Positions 1 through 9,369 of a stretch of DNA of 64,000 nucleotides are shown one piece after another. Source of the DNA: Pseudomonas phage PhiPA3. The DNA lies in the sequence record HQ630627.1. One strand, 5' to 3'. Every line of letters begins with the position of its first letter. The first letter of the stretch is position 1. The notes beneath the pieces are model-generated. The model did no database searches, was not told the DNA's origin, and saw only the letters and a list, made by a program, of their open reading frames with translations. The position numbers and the translations under genes were made by a program.

Positions 1-378
1 TGTTCTTTATATTCACCATCTAAGTCATAGGGATGGATATTCACACATACACACACTTCATCCAACGGATTCCCCATGTTGTCCATGCGGTTAACGTTGT
101 CTTCAGCTAGTACGCGCATGAGGAAAGGCATGATACCCGTCATTACTGAAGCATTAAGGGTATCTGCTGTATTTTGTCCGCCCCGCTCGGCATAGGCTTC
201 TGCAAACTGTTCGTTAGTAATACGCCCTTTGGTTAACACATCCCAGAAATCATTCTCTCGTGTCCAGTAGTCTCTGGTCTTAACCAAATCCACAGCGGCC
301 TCTGGACAGATGCGTTGAATGGTTCCTAGACGTGTATCCAAAAGCGCATCCAAATCAATCAAGATACGCTTAAGCATA
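1..378 (-). CDS. hypothetical phage protein, N-terminal portion (gene continues beyond window start)
   Basis: ATG at 378 (MLKRILIDLDALLDTRLGT...) stays open to position 1. Absent from the ORF track because it is truncated. Abuts the next minus-strand gene. Confidence 0.45.
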
Positions 379-379
379 A

Positions 380-862
380 TTATTCCTTACCTTTGAGCTT
401 CGCCGCCGCTAGTACACTGTTCACCAGACGCATTTGGGTGGAAGCAAATACTAAGAAGAATAACCATTCGTTAGTGCTAAAGGTTTGTTGTAACGTTGGA
501 TAGTTAGCCGCCTTACCCAATATCTCACGATCAACAATGGAACTTTCCACACTAAATGGTACCAGAGATCGAGCCAGGAGATTAATAGCTTCCCCAGGAG
601 ACGACAATTCCATAATGAACGTGGTGGTTGTATTCATCAACGATGACAATAGAGCCTGATTCTCACGGATATCAGACCACAGATGCCTAACTACCAATGC
701 GTCATTCAGCATAAACGTCATGTGGCGTAGGCGTAGTTCAGTAATCAGCGTGATTAGCTTCCCTACGATAATTTCATCTTCTGCCTGCATGAGTTCTGTC
801 AAAGCGACAATCAAAGCTTCCTGCATGTCGATAACGCGAACACTGTTGTCGTTAATAGCCAT
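380..862 (-). CDS. hypothetical protein (160 aa)
   Basis: ORF track; packed in a minus-strand operon, with the upstream gene's stop 3 nt before its start. Confidence 0.5.
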   Translation of the reverse strand: MAINDNSVRVIDMQEALIVALTELMQAEDEIIVGKLITLITELRLRHMTFMLNDALVVRHLWSDIRENQALLSSLMNTTTTFIMELSSPGEAINLLARSLVPFSVESSIVDREILGKAANYPTLQQTFSTNEWLFFLVFASTQMRLVNSVLAAAKLKGKE

Positions 863-865
863 TTA

Positions 866-1540
866 TTAACCCGCAAGATTGTTGTTCAAGTGCATCCCTT
901 TCAGGTACACCGACAACGTCAAGTTAGATTTAGTTTGGCTAGGCGTCTCGGCCATGATCGAATCCAAAGAAGCTTCACCTGTTTCAATGATCGACTTATT
1001 CATGGCATTATAAGCCTTCTCGTCACCCCCTCGGAACTTAATGAGTTCGAGTACCATGTTGTTAAGGCCTTTAGAGGCGTTAACCTGGATCTCTGGGGCC
1101 GATAGACGAGCACCCTTACTATCACCAGCGGCTTGACCAGATCGTTCGTCTACGATGTGATTAGAGCCCGGAATAGAGGACTTCTTCACCAGCATCTGAA
1201 CTTGTCGACGGAACGGAACCAAACCCACCAAATGTTTGTTCTGAGTCTTGTACGTCTGACCCGTTTGAGGGTCAGTCAGAATCAGATGTTGGAAGAGTTC
1301 GTGACCCAGGGCATCAGCAACTTTGTAGTTCTGATTAATACTGAGTTGAGGCTCTTCCAGGTTGGGAGCATAGAGCGCTAGAACTTCACCTGCCTCCAGC
1401 CGCTCCATCCATTCTTCGAACTCTTTGTCATTCATTCGAGCAAAGAGTTCTTCGTAGATCTTTTTGTTGTTCGAGCCAGGTCGGAACATGTCGATGAAGT
1501 AGAGGATTTCACGCTCTACAACTTTGCGATCGCCTTTCAT
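866..1540 (-). CDS. hypothetical protein (224 aa)
   Basis: ORF track, operon packing. No motif recognised. Confidence 0.55.
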   Translation of the reverse strand: MKGDRKVVEREILYFIDMFRPGSNNKKIYEELFARMNDKEFEEWMERLEAGEVLALYAPNLEEPQLSINQNYKVADALGHELFQHLILTDPQTGQTYKTQNKHLVGLVPFRRQVQMLVKKSSIPGSNHIVDERSGQAAGDSKGARLSAPEIQVNASKGLNNMVLELIKFRGGDEKAYNAMNKSIIETGEASLDSIMAETPSQTKSNLTLSVYLKGMHLNNNLAG

Positions 1541-1577
1541 TTAAGACTCCGTATGAATCGTTGGACATACGATTAGC

Positions 1578-1898
1578 TTAGATGGGTTTAGACTCACATT
1601 GGTACATGGCCGTAGCACGGGAGTCAGTACAGGGCGGCAATCGATGTTTAGACAGGAACGGTAAAACCTTCTTCTGGAAATTTGCACACCAAACTTCCAA
1701 TGGATCATTCGCATTAAGCAATGTCCGCAGTTCTAGAGTGGATTGTGCATAACTGGCCAGCAGTAATTGGAAATACTGATTCAGTTGTTCCAGTGTACCA
1801 ATTGCAGGCATGCGGCGATAAAGATCCTCTGACAGTTCCACATCAAAGGCACGGATACGCTGGATAACCATCATTTTTAAATCTACTACGGCGTTCAT
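1578..1898 (-). CDS. hypothetical protein (106 aa)
   Basis: ORF track, same operon. Confidence 0.45.
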   Translation of the reverse strand: MNAVVDLKMMVIQRIRAFDVELSEDLYRRMPAIGTLEQLNQYFQLLLASYAQSTLELRTLLNANDPLEVWCANFQKKVLPFLSKHRLPPCTDSRATAMYQCESKPI

Positions 1899-1918
1899 TG
1901 TTATTTACCTTAGCGGAA

Positions 1919-2374
1919 TCACTGTATTTCACCACAGTCCTCCACCTCATCTGAAATCTGCTTTAAGAATTTGACTATAAGCAAGCGGTGACAAAAGTTT
2001 CCCGCCTTGCAGTAACAACCGAGTGCTAGGCGATCGTGCGCCAATAGCCACTCGAAGTATTCTGGATACGCATGATAGCGATCACCGAGGAGTTGGAAAT
2101 AGAGTTCCTCGTACTCTTGATCGGAAACGGTCCCGGCCTTGTGACCCATGACCATATTCCAAGTCGGGGCGAGCATGCCTTCCCCGCTTTTGACAGTAGT
2201 GTCCAGCATGGGAATGCGCTTAGCGCGTACAGCACGCCACTTAGCGATTTGGTACGTGTATACCTGCATGGAGTCTGTCCTGAATAAAAGGAGTGCCCGA
2301 AGGCACTCATCTTTCTTTAGGTGGAACGGCATGCGGATCATTGGAACCGATGGGTTGGTAACCTTGACCTGCAT
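1919..2374 (-). CDS. hypothetical protein (151 aa; true start may be an internal Met)
   Basis: ORF track. Overlaps the 79-aa ORF 2307..2546, so the start is uncertain. Confidence 0.45.
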   Translation of the reverse strand: MQVKVTNPSVPMIRMPFHLKKDECLRALLLFRTDSMQVYTYQIAKWRAVRAKRIPMLDTTVKSGEGMLAPTWNMVMGHKAGTVSDQEYEELYFQLLGDRYHAYPEYFEWLLAHDRLALGCYCKAGNFCHRLLIVKFLKQISDEVEDCGEIQ

Positions 2375-2546
2375 TGGGTGCTGATATTGCTTTTATGCGT
2401 GCTTCTAGCTCAGCAATCCGAGCATGTAACGCTTGGTTCTCATCCACCAACTCTTCCCAGCTACGACGCTGTGTGATATTTCTGATACCTTCCATGGCGA
2501 ATCGTGGAGCTGCGCTAACTAACTTTTCGTTCACAATAGTCCTCAC
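2307..2546 (-). CDS. hypothetical small protein (79 aa)
   Basis: ORF track. Overlaps the neighbouring ORF in another frame. Confidence 0.3.
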   Translation of the reverse strand: MRTIVNEKLVSAAPRFAMEGIRNITQRRSWEELVDENQALHARIAELEARIKAISAPNAGQGYQPIGSNDPHAVPPKER

Positions 2547-2631
2547 TGGTGGGCGTGGTGGGGGAGTAGGAGCTTTCTTCGGTAAGGGATTACAATCAAG
2601 CAGAGCATTGACGTTCTCCCTATGCTCCGTA

Positions 2632-4089
2632 TCAGGCTGCGGCTTTCGCTAGATCAAGAGGAATGATTTTAGCTTTGTCAGCATCAGACATCCAGTAGGG
2701 CTTATACTCAGAACGCAGCATGCGAATGAGATCGAAGGTCGAAAGGAACTTCTTCTCCACCAGGTGTTCATCTTCTTCACAGACCCAGTAACCGCGAGTT
2801 TGATTCAGGATAACATCCCAATCGTAACCCATAGCCTTCAGGCCTTCGTAGAGTTCTTTCGGGTCCGGTACATCGGTCCAGCGTTGGAACTGGATCAGTT
2901 GCAGCATTTCCGATTGAATTTCAACAGCCCGTTGCAGAGCTGGGTTATCGTTCAGCTTCTTACGTACAGTAGTACGAGATAGCTTCACATCCGGCATAAG
3001 TTCCAGGTAATAGTTCTGAAGGTTGCCACCGATCCCATAACCCGCTTCTTTGCAGTAGTGGAACTCGGACAGCGAAGGCATGATACCTTCAGTCTGCGAC
3101 ACAATCAACGTGAACGGCAGACCAGTGATACCACCTTTACCACGCAGGTTCTTCACTTCCAGAATCCGCAGGTCAGAGTCACCTTCAATGGCGGTGGAAT
3201 TATCCAGCGGATAGACAGGCATCTTATCTTTGTTGAGTAGAGGCTTGTTGGACATTACGTCCCAGACGTTGTTCGGTAGGGAGTAGAAGCCAGAGCTTAC
3301 ACCCTTCAGTACGGTATCCTTCTTCATCTCCGACAGATTACGTTTGTCGGTCGGATACATTTCCATCTGGATGATGTCGCCAACGTGTGCGGTCAGGATC
3401 ATGTAGGTACCAGTCTTGGCACACACCTGAGGCAGCTGGTTGAACAACTGATTCTTCGCTTTACCGTTGGTCATTGCATCGGTGTTGTTACCAGAAGCAC
3501 CGATTGCGTTCTTCTCGTACATATCCGAAACGGCAGTTACGATGAACTTCGAGAAGCTATCGATAAAGCCAGTGGTCGGATACAGGCACTTCTTGTTATT
3601 ACCGTTCACATCAAGGAACGGAGTAGTACGCAAATGGTCTTTCTCTGCCTTCTCTTTCTCGGCTAGAGCTGTGCGGAACAGCTTGAAGAACTCATCACCG
3701 GTGTAACGAGAGAGGTCAGTGAACACGAACTGTTCGTCATCCGCCCAGTTGATACCCTGAAGTTCTTTGATCGAGGCAGCCAGCGCAGTAAAACGAGCAT
3801 CGGGGTTAAGAGTACCCTCGGTGTCGTAAACCATTGAATACGAACCGGGGAAAGCACGGCGAACCATCGCCAGCATGTACACCCCAAGAGCAGTCTTGAA
3901 GTTGTTCGGACGAGAAGCGATACCAGTCAGCGAACCCAGTCCGCCGTTCATGATCATCTCGCCGTGTTTGCCTTGTTCATATTTACCAGTGGATACGTCC
4001 ATCAGACAGCCGATGTTAAGGGCTGGCCGGAAGGCTGGACGTTCGAAATGTTTAGCGAACATCAATGTTACCTTTTTGTGATTAGCCAA
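2632..4089 (-). CDS. hypothetical protein (485 aa)
   Basis: Long ORF with ordinary amino-acid composition. A 'GKHGEMIMNGG' stretch weakly recalls RNAP beta 'GQRFGEME', but its N-terminal position is wrong for beta. Left unassigned. Confidence 0.6.
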   Translation of the reverse strand: MANHKKVTLMFAKHFERPAFRPALNIGCLMDVSTGKYEQGKHGEMIMNGGLGSLTGIASRPNNFKTALGVYMLAMVRRAFPGSYSMVYDTEGTLNPDARFTALAASIKELQGINWADDEQFVFTDLSRYTGDEFFKLFRTALAEKEKAEKDHLRTTPFLDVNGNNKKCLYPTTGFIDSFSKFIVTAVSDMYEKNAIGASGNNTDAMTNGKAKNQLFNQLPQVCAKTGTYMILTAHVGDIIQMEMYPTDKRNLSEMKKDTVLKGVSSGFYSLPNNVWDVMSNKPLLNKDKMPVYPLDNSTAIEGDSDLRILEVKNLRGKGGITGLPFTLIVSQTEGIMPSLSEFHYCKEAGYGIGGNLQNYYLELMPDVKLSRTTVRKKLNDNPALQRAVEIQSEMLQLIQFQRWTDVPDPKELYEGLKAMGYDWDVILNQTRGYWVCEEDEHLVEKKFLSTFDLIRMLRSEYKPYWMSDADKAKIIPLDLAKAAA

Positions 4090-4160
4090 TCACTTTATTG
4101 ATATTGAGAGTAATTTTATGTTAACAGTGTCGCGACTGTGATTAACTCTAGGATCCTAAC

Positions 4161-5123
4161 ATGAAACTCAATGTACTGACCAAGTATTCTCCAGGTATCG
4201 AAAACCACACCATCGAAGATGCGGTGTTTGATCCTTCACTCAACAAGTTCTTCACTGAAGGTGATCCGAACTCTGCTGAACAGACTGCTGAAACAGAAGC
4301 ACTGCCGATTGACCAGACTCCTACGGACAAGCTTTTTGATGCATTGCAAACCGTGTCAACTGAAGCTGGATTTATCGGTAATGTCTCTAACTGGTTTGCT
4401 CGTAAAGCAGGTAACCTGAACATGAACGTTCGGGAAGGTTTCCGTTATCTGACCAGTTGGAACTACGATCCCATGCAGAAACTTAATGTTCTGCAAATGC
4501 GTAACTTTGTTGAAACTTTGGACTACATGACCATTGAAACGCTGCGTGTATCTCAACCCGCTGGTTTTCGTGGTGAACTCCTACCGTATACAACTGGGCT
4601 GCAAAAGCGTGCTCAGATCATGGCTGAGGTAGTAGATAAGGTTATTAAACCTGCCACCGCTCGTTTTGGTCATTATCTGTCCACTCCGGAAGAACGTGCA
4701 GAACGTCGTCATTTCCAATATGGTGCTGAACTGGGCCATGACCTGGATGCACTTATCAAAGCTGACGCTGCTCATTTCTCCAGCAATCGTGTAGCCACTG
4801 CCAAGTTTGGTGAACTATTTAGTTCAATGAATGATTTCATTGAATGTGAACGCAACATGGTAGATGTCAATACCATCCTCAATGGCGGTACTACTTCCAC
4901 CGTGAAGAATGCCGTAGAAGCCCTGAGCCAAACTGCAACTGCTCTGGTGGATCGCATTGCCAAGGATAAAGACATCAAGACTTCCAGCGAATTGGCTAAG
5001 ATGATTGCTGAAGAGATCGCTGAAGTAGCCCGTTGGGTTGAATGGTACTCGGTACAGATGACACGCATCATCGAAACCAACAACGTACTGTATTCGATCG
5101 AACAAGAGCTGCGCGCTATGTAA
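4161..5123 (+). CDS. hypothetical protein (320 aa)
   Basis: ORF track. Followed by bidirectional hairpin terminator 5135-5156. A 'TTTATGTT' motif lies upstream at about 4115. Confidence 0.6.
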   Translation: MKLNVLTKYSPGIENHTIEDAVFDPSLNKFFTEGDPNSAEQTAETEALPIDQTPTDKLFDALQTVSTEAGFIGNVSNWFARKAGNLNMNVREGFRYLTSWNYDPMQKLNVLQMRNFVETLDYMTIETLRVSQPAGFRGELLPYTTGLQKRAQIMAEVVDKVIKPATARFGHYLSTPEERAERRHFQYGAELGHDLDALIKADAAHFSSNRVATAKFGELFSSMNDFIECERNMVDVNTILNGGTTSTVKNAVEALSQTATALVDRIAKDKDIKTSSELAKMIAEEIAEVARWVEWYSVQMTRIIETNNVLYSIEQELRAM

Positions 5124-5134
5124 GACAACATATT

Positions 5135-5163
5135 GCCCTCTCCCGAAGGAGAGGGCTTATGCC
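5135..5163. terminator. bidirectional hairpin terminator (stem GCCCTCTCC, loop CGAA) plus TTATGCC
   Basis: Perfect 9-bp GC stem between convergent genes. Confidence 0.6.
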
Positions 5164-5164
5164 G

Positions 5165-5575
5165 TCACACCTGTTCCCGACGTTCTCTCATGCAGAACTG
5201 CATCAGCTGTTTGAGGTCTTCTATAAACACACATTCGTCCGTGTACAGAAGCCAGCACGGGGTCTTCCGCGCAATGCGTTTATAGAACTTCTCGGAGGTG
5301 AGATCGTTTTTGTCGATCGGAAGAATGCCCTTCCACAGATAAGGCCCAAACAGGGTCGGAAGTCGAAGCGCACTCTCGTCACGAACCAAGCGCATCGTCG
5401 AATTAAGTCTTGCAATCCGAGAACACTCATGGTCACGACATTGCACTAAAGCAGCATGCAATGACGCCATCACACACAGCCGCTTGAGATCATCATCCAC
5501 ACGATTCCAAAAGAATAGCCATAATCCTTCGGCAACTTTGCGGACGGGTCTCATGATTCTGTTTGTAATGCTCAT
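5165..5575 (-). CDS. hypothetical protein (136 aa)
   Basis: ORF track. Ends at the convergent terminator. An antisense + ORF (5042..5449) also exists. Confidence 0.45.
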   Translation of the reverse strand: MSITNRIMRPVRKVAEGLWLFFWNRVDDDLKRLCVMASLHAALVQCRDHECSRIARLNSTMRLVRDESALRLPTLFGPYLWKGILPIDKNDLTSEKFYKRIARKTPCWLLYTDECVFIEDLKQLMQFCMRERREQV

Positions 5576-5586
5576 GGGTTACCCTA

Positions 5587-7059
5587 CTATTTCGGTAAAA
5601 TGAACTGCGTATAGGGAGAGCAGTAGATCGCAGCTCCACCCTCTGCTACAAACACAGTTGAGTATGAATAGGCTAACGGTCCATTCGCAACGATCAGAAG
5701 TTCAACCTTAACCCCGTCACACGATACCCGATTGAGTTGATTCCGTGAAGGAATGTCTTGCGCTAAGACCAACTTGATCTTAACCTTACGTCCTTTGTAA
5801 TCAATCGGAATATCGAGATGCGAGGTGTTCTGGGTAATAGTCTTCTTCAGTTGAGTGACCGTCTTCTTACCGGCCTGTACAGTCTCGTAGAAACTGTCGG
5901 TAATGTCGATTTTGCCAACCGACTCTCCAAGGGTACCAGCCAAGTAATCCGTCAAACGGCGTTCAAGAATATTGAATTCTCCAACTGCCTCGTTAGACAT
6001 CCTGGGTGGATTGAGAGTCCGACTAATCAACGCCATTTCTGGTGTTGACAGCACGCGGATATCATCGTGACGCATGAGTCCAGACAAACCCATAGATTCA
6101 ATCCGTTGACGCTGTTTGGCACTAAAGCAGTTGGCCAGGTTTAGAATACCCAGCTCGGGCATATCACTCCCGTAGGCTTCAGTGTGGATTTTAATCAACT
6201 CTTCAATGTACTCTTCAGCTTCATTGGCTTTGTAGACACCGAAGGTTGCCTCAGAAATCCTTCGTCCAAGTAAAAGATCTGATTTAGCAAGTTTATCTTT
6301 GGCCGTGTCCTTTGGCCGCAGGCCAGCATTATGCATTCGTCCAAGATTATACATGTAGTAGAACCCATCATGGGGCTTACCACTGTTAATCATGAACAGC
6401 AACCGAGACTCCATGATCAACGGACTCACCGGCTTCTTTTTCAATTTGTTGATGGCGTCGCCTTCAACTACTACCTGCACAGGCTCTGCCGTTTTAGACC
6501 CACCCCCCCTCAAGGCGTTTATATCTGCCTTGTCATTGCCCATGTCGCCGGAGTGACCCTCTACCCAAGTCATCTCCAATTTACGACCACCATTAATCCA
6601 CGCATCGCGTTGACTGATGAGATCCAACCAGAGTTCTTTGTTGGGCACTGGAGTACCATCTGGTTTAATCCAGTTGTTTTTAATCCATTTGGGTGACCAT
6701 TGCGTCAGTCCTTTGCGCACGTACTCACTGTCGAGCAACATGGTCAACTGTTTAGCTGGGGTACCAAGGGCGATTTTAAAGCCATTGATGGCAGCGCTAA
6801 GTTCTGCCGTGTTATTGGTCGGGCGATCAACGACCTTACCAAATGCATCGATATAGTCGATCACTGTACAAGTGTCTTCGACGCCAACATCCTTATAGCC
6901 TTTCGCCGTAGGTTGTTGTTTGGTTGCAGCCTTTGACTTCATCGGTGTGTCGGTGTAGGTATACCCGTGCACGCCCCAACCTGCTACGTTCTGACGAAAC
7001 GACCCGTCAGTATATAGCACAATACCATCACACATTGAATGTTCCTCTGTCGTTTCCAT
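5587..7059 (-). CDS. RNase HI-domain fusion protein (N-terminal RNase H, roughly 300-aa unknown C-terminal domain)
   Basis: The N-terminal 190 aa align motif by motif to E. coli RNase HI: 'IVLYTDGS', 'TNNTAELSAAINGF', 'LLDSEYVRKGLTQW...PVPNKELWLDL', 'WVEGHSGDMGNDKADINA'. These include the DEDD catalytic residues. Confidence 0.8.
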   Translation of the reverse strand: METTEEHSMCDGIVLYTDGSFRQNVAGWGVHGYTYTDTPMKSKAATKQQPTAKGYKDVGVEDTCTVIDYIDAFGKVVDRPTNNTAELSAAINGFKIALGTPAKQLTMLLDSEYVRKGLTQWSPKWIKNNWIKPDGTPVPNKELWLDLISQRDAWINGGRKLEMTWVEGHSGDMGNDKADINALRGGGSKTAEPVQVVVEGDAINKLKKKPVSPLIMESRLLFMINSGKPHDGFYYMYNLGRMHNAGLRPKDTAKDKLAKSDLLLGRRISEATFGVYKANEAEEYIEELIKIHTEAYGSDMPELGILNLANCFSAKQRQRIESMGLSGLMRHDDIRVLSTPEMALISRTLNPPRMSNEAVGEFNILERRLTDYLAGTLGESVGKIDITDSFYETVQAGKKTVTQLKKTITQNTSHLDIPIDYKGRKVKIKLVLAQDIPSRNQLNRVSCDGVKVELLIVANGPLAYSYSTVFVAEGGAAIYCSPYTQFILPK

Positions 7060-7086
7060 ACCACACTAGATAATTATCCTACCGGG

Positions 7087-7506
7087 TTATTTCTGTCGAC
7101 AGCTGTCCAACCACGACCTGTGGGCTTGCTCAATTTTGGACCGTTCGGAAGCAATGTATGTTCGCAGAGAATTCGCATAGGCAGATATCATTTTGTCAAC
7201 CTCAGCATCATTAATGGCTAATTCGAGGTCTTCTTCAGATGGCTGCTTAGGTACTTTCCCCGCTGGGGGAAGGTCAAACGGGCCACAATCAGCTAACAGA
7301 CGCTGAGCACTTGAATGTGGTTTGTTTGTTTGTCCCCGCTGTGTTACCGCATTCGTCGTTGTGGTCACGGTCGAATGGTTATCGACCGCCGAAGCGGCAT
7401 AGTGAATCACTGTCTCCTGACTGTTGTAGGTTGGTGCATACAGTACACAACCTGAGAGAGTGATACAAAGTGCTAACAGTAGGTTTTTGGACATGTGATC
7501 CACCAA
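7087..7506 (-). CDS. candidate o-spanin (outer-membrane lipoprotein, 139 aa)
   Basis: Signal peptide with lipobox 'ITLSG|C'. Pro-rich periplasmic segment 'PFDLPPAGKVPKQP'. Lies immediately downstream of a membrane/coiled-coil protein. Confidence 0.5.
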   Translation of the reverse strand: MVDHMSKNLLLALCITLSGCVLYAPTYNSQETVIHYAASAVDNHSTVTTTTNAVTQRGQTNKPHSSAQRLLADCGPFDLPPAGKVPKQPSEEDLELAINDAEVDKMISAYANSLRTYIASERSKIEQAHRSWLDSCRQK

Positions 7507-7517
7507 TCCTTACGGTA

Positions 7518-7808
7518 TTATTTCAGAAGTTCGCCAAGGGCTTTACGACGAGCTTTAAGGGCAGCGTCTTTGTCTAGTGTCGGACAGACTTGGGCGAGTT
7601 GCTTTTTAAGGGCAACATTCTCTGATCTGACTTCGTCCAACTCGCTAACAGTCATGATGAAGCTGAGTAGCAGGATCACCACTACCGCAAACATGAAGGT
7701 AACGTGTTTGTTTTCCAGCATCACTTCTTTTATCGTACGGTCTCCAAATACCGCACGCTTCAGGAAGGGCCAAATGAGGAGCAAGGCTTTAATAGTTACA
7801 CCGACCAT
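7518..7808 (-). CDS. candidate i-spanin or holin-like membrane protein (96 aa)
   Basis: SD 'AGAGGT' 5 nt before ATG 7808. Hydrophobic segment 'FMFAVVVILLLSFIMTV' followed by a coiled-coil-like tail 'SELDEVRSENVALKKQLAQ...KARRKALGELLK'. Ends 11 nt before the lipoprotein gene. Confidence 0.4.
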   Translation of the reverse strand: MVGVTIKALLLIWPFLKRAVFGDRTIKEVMLENKHVTFMFAVVVILLLSFIMTVSELDEVRSENVALKKQLAQVCPTLDKDAALKARRKALGELLK

Positions 7809-8006
7809 GATTACCTCTGTCGTTGATTAACTACGCCTACCCATACAAGCCTAAAGGCTAGAACAATAGACATACTGACAGCATATCTCTGCGGGTTATG
7901 TGTAGCATTTCCGCAGTAGTATACCCGACGTTTTTCAAGTTCACAAGCGTAAGTGACAAATTTTATAGATGGTAACCCATCCAAGCTCCGCTCATGAGGA
8001 AAGCAC

Positions 8007-9320
8007 ATGTACATTCTGAAAGGCTTTTACAGCTATCCAGCGTTAATCTCTAACGTTCCGGATGTTGTTGCTAAGTTTGGAGAACTCTCCAGCAATAGCT
8101 CAACCTATGCAAAAGACAAGACCATCCACACCGGTACGTCCACACCCAACACTTGTTTTATTTCTTTTCATAGCGTAAAGGATGAAACCACTGTTGTAGA
8201 TTTGACAGGTAATATGAAAGACCAAGTCTTGAAGATTGGTGAGTTCATTTATCAGCAATCTATTCAAGGTACAATTCGCGATAACCCTGACGTTCTGCGT
8301 CAGTTGGTTATGGCTGAGTTCGGTACTAAGATCAGTACGTTCACGTCTGGTCGTATGCTGACCAACAACACCATTTGGATGCCGGAATACGTTAAGTTTA
8401 CCGTCATCGAAGCTAATAACCCGAACGAAGTCACTATTTGGCTGTGCGATGAGTCCTTCGCTGCTCAGTACGATGAGTACGAGATCGAGATCGTTCACCC
8501 GCTGGTTCCGTATGACCAATTCTTCCAAGACCCGCTGATTGTTAAGCAATTGCTGGAAGCTTATGATCTCCCAGCTAAGCTGGAAGAAGTTCAGGCAGCG
8601 CGAGGGGATTACCCGTACACATTCCTGAAGGCGTTCATGTTTGCTTATCACAATCCCCGTGATACCACGATGCAGTTCCCTGCACACTGGATTGCGATCG
8701 TTTATGGTCAAGCGGGTAACAACCCCGATTTGATCAAAGACAAGATTGTGAAGGAAATCCTGGAGGGTTCTACCCATCCAAGAGAAGAATGGGAAGTAAT
8801 TCTTCCTGATCTGTTTCTGACCACCGAGTATATTTTCACTCCGTTCTGGAACCAATACTCCGTTCCAAACAGTGATTTCCGAGCAGGGATTTATAGCCCA
8901 ACGGTAGATCCGCGTAAACGGGTTGCTCTGCTGCGTCGTACCGCTCGTGGTTCGGGTTACACGGATGTGTGGGTAAACAACAACTATGAATTGTCTGCCA
9001 ACATCTACAAGTCGATTGCCTTTGGTGCAATTGGTAACCCGAAGAATCGCGGAGGTATCACAAAGTTCAGTCAGAAATGGCCGGACTACATGATCGTATC
9101 GAACGATTCGCCAGATATCGATCGGATGTCTCCAGATACTGTCGCTTGGACCATGTTGTTTAGTAAGTTGCTGAAGGCTGCTGAGGCCATGACTTTGTAC
9201 ACTTCTGTACCGGCTGGTGTTTCTCGAATGGTACGCGATGGCGTCATCTACGCCAGCGCCTACTATAAGAACGTGAACTACATGGTCGTGTCTAAGGCTT
9301 CGGTTGAGCAATTTGGTTGA
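8007..9320 (+). CDS. hypothetical (probably structural) protein, 437 aa
   Basis: ORF followed by hairpin terminator 9331-9358. Antisense ORF 8100..9323 has shadow-like R/S/L-rich composition. Confidence 0.6.
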   Translation: MYILKGFYSYPALISNVPDVVAKFGELSSNSSTYAKDKTIHTGTSTPNTCFISFHSVKDETTVVDLTGNMKDQVLKIGEFIYQQSIQGTIRDNPDVLRQLVMAEFGTKISTFTSGRMLTNNTIWMPEYVKFTVIEANNPNEVTIWLCDESFAAQYDEYEIEIVHPLVPYDQFFQDPLIVKQLLEAYDLPAKLEEVQAARGDYPYTFLKAFMFAYHNPRDTTMQFPAHWIAIVYGQAGNNPDLIKDKIVKEILEGSTHPREEWEVILPDLFLTTEYIFTPFWNQYSVPNSDFRAGIYSPTVDPRKRVALLRRTARGSGYTDVWVNNNYELSANIYKSIAFGAIGNPKNRGGITKFSQKWPDYMIVSNDSPDIDRMSPDTVAWTMLFSKLLKAAEAMTLYTSVPAGVSRMVRDGVIYASAYYKNVNYMVVSKASVEQFG

Positions 9321-9330
9321 CATTATAAAG

Positions 9331-9358
9331 GAGAGGGTTTCGACCCTCTCCTTTTATT
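9331..9358 (+). terminator. intrinsic terminator (GAGAGGGT-TTCG-ACCCTCTC + CTTTTATT)
   Basis: GC stem, UUCG loop, T-rich tail. Confidence 0.55.
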
Positions 9359-9369
9359 AGCTTAAGGTA

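Noticed and set aside
2632-4089. 485-aa protein as an RNAP beta C-terminal (region I) subunit
   Set aside because: Only a 'GKHGEM' word matches. It is at the N-terminus, which is the wrong place, and no other beta or beta' blocks were found. Left as hypothetical.
5159-5449. ATG of the post-hairpin 'TTATGCC' words as start codons (M-P..., M-S... mini-ORFs; also 21531, 53599, 54411, and track ORFs 5042..5449, 21534..21782, 54330..54590)
   Set aside because: The downstream reading frames are short or non-conserved (MPL*, MS*, MPPIV*) and antisense to better genes. The word is conserved at the nucleotide level on both strands, consistent with a promoter or terminator signal rather than translation. 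The G-rich 3' hairpin arm does mimic an SD, which I note but do not believe.
7811-8014. 67-aa minus ORF upstream of the spanin candidates, considered as a holin
   Set aside because: It has no RBS, and its ATG overlaps the divergent + gene start. It has only one weak C-terminal hydrophobic stretch.
8100-9323. 407-aa minus-strand ORF antisense to the 437-aa gene
   Set aside because: It has R/S/L/H-rich shadow composition, no RBS, and the + gene is the one followed by a terminator.
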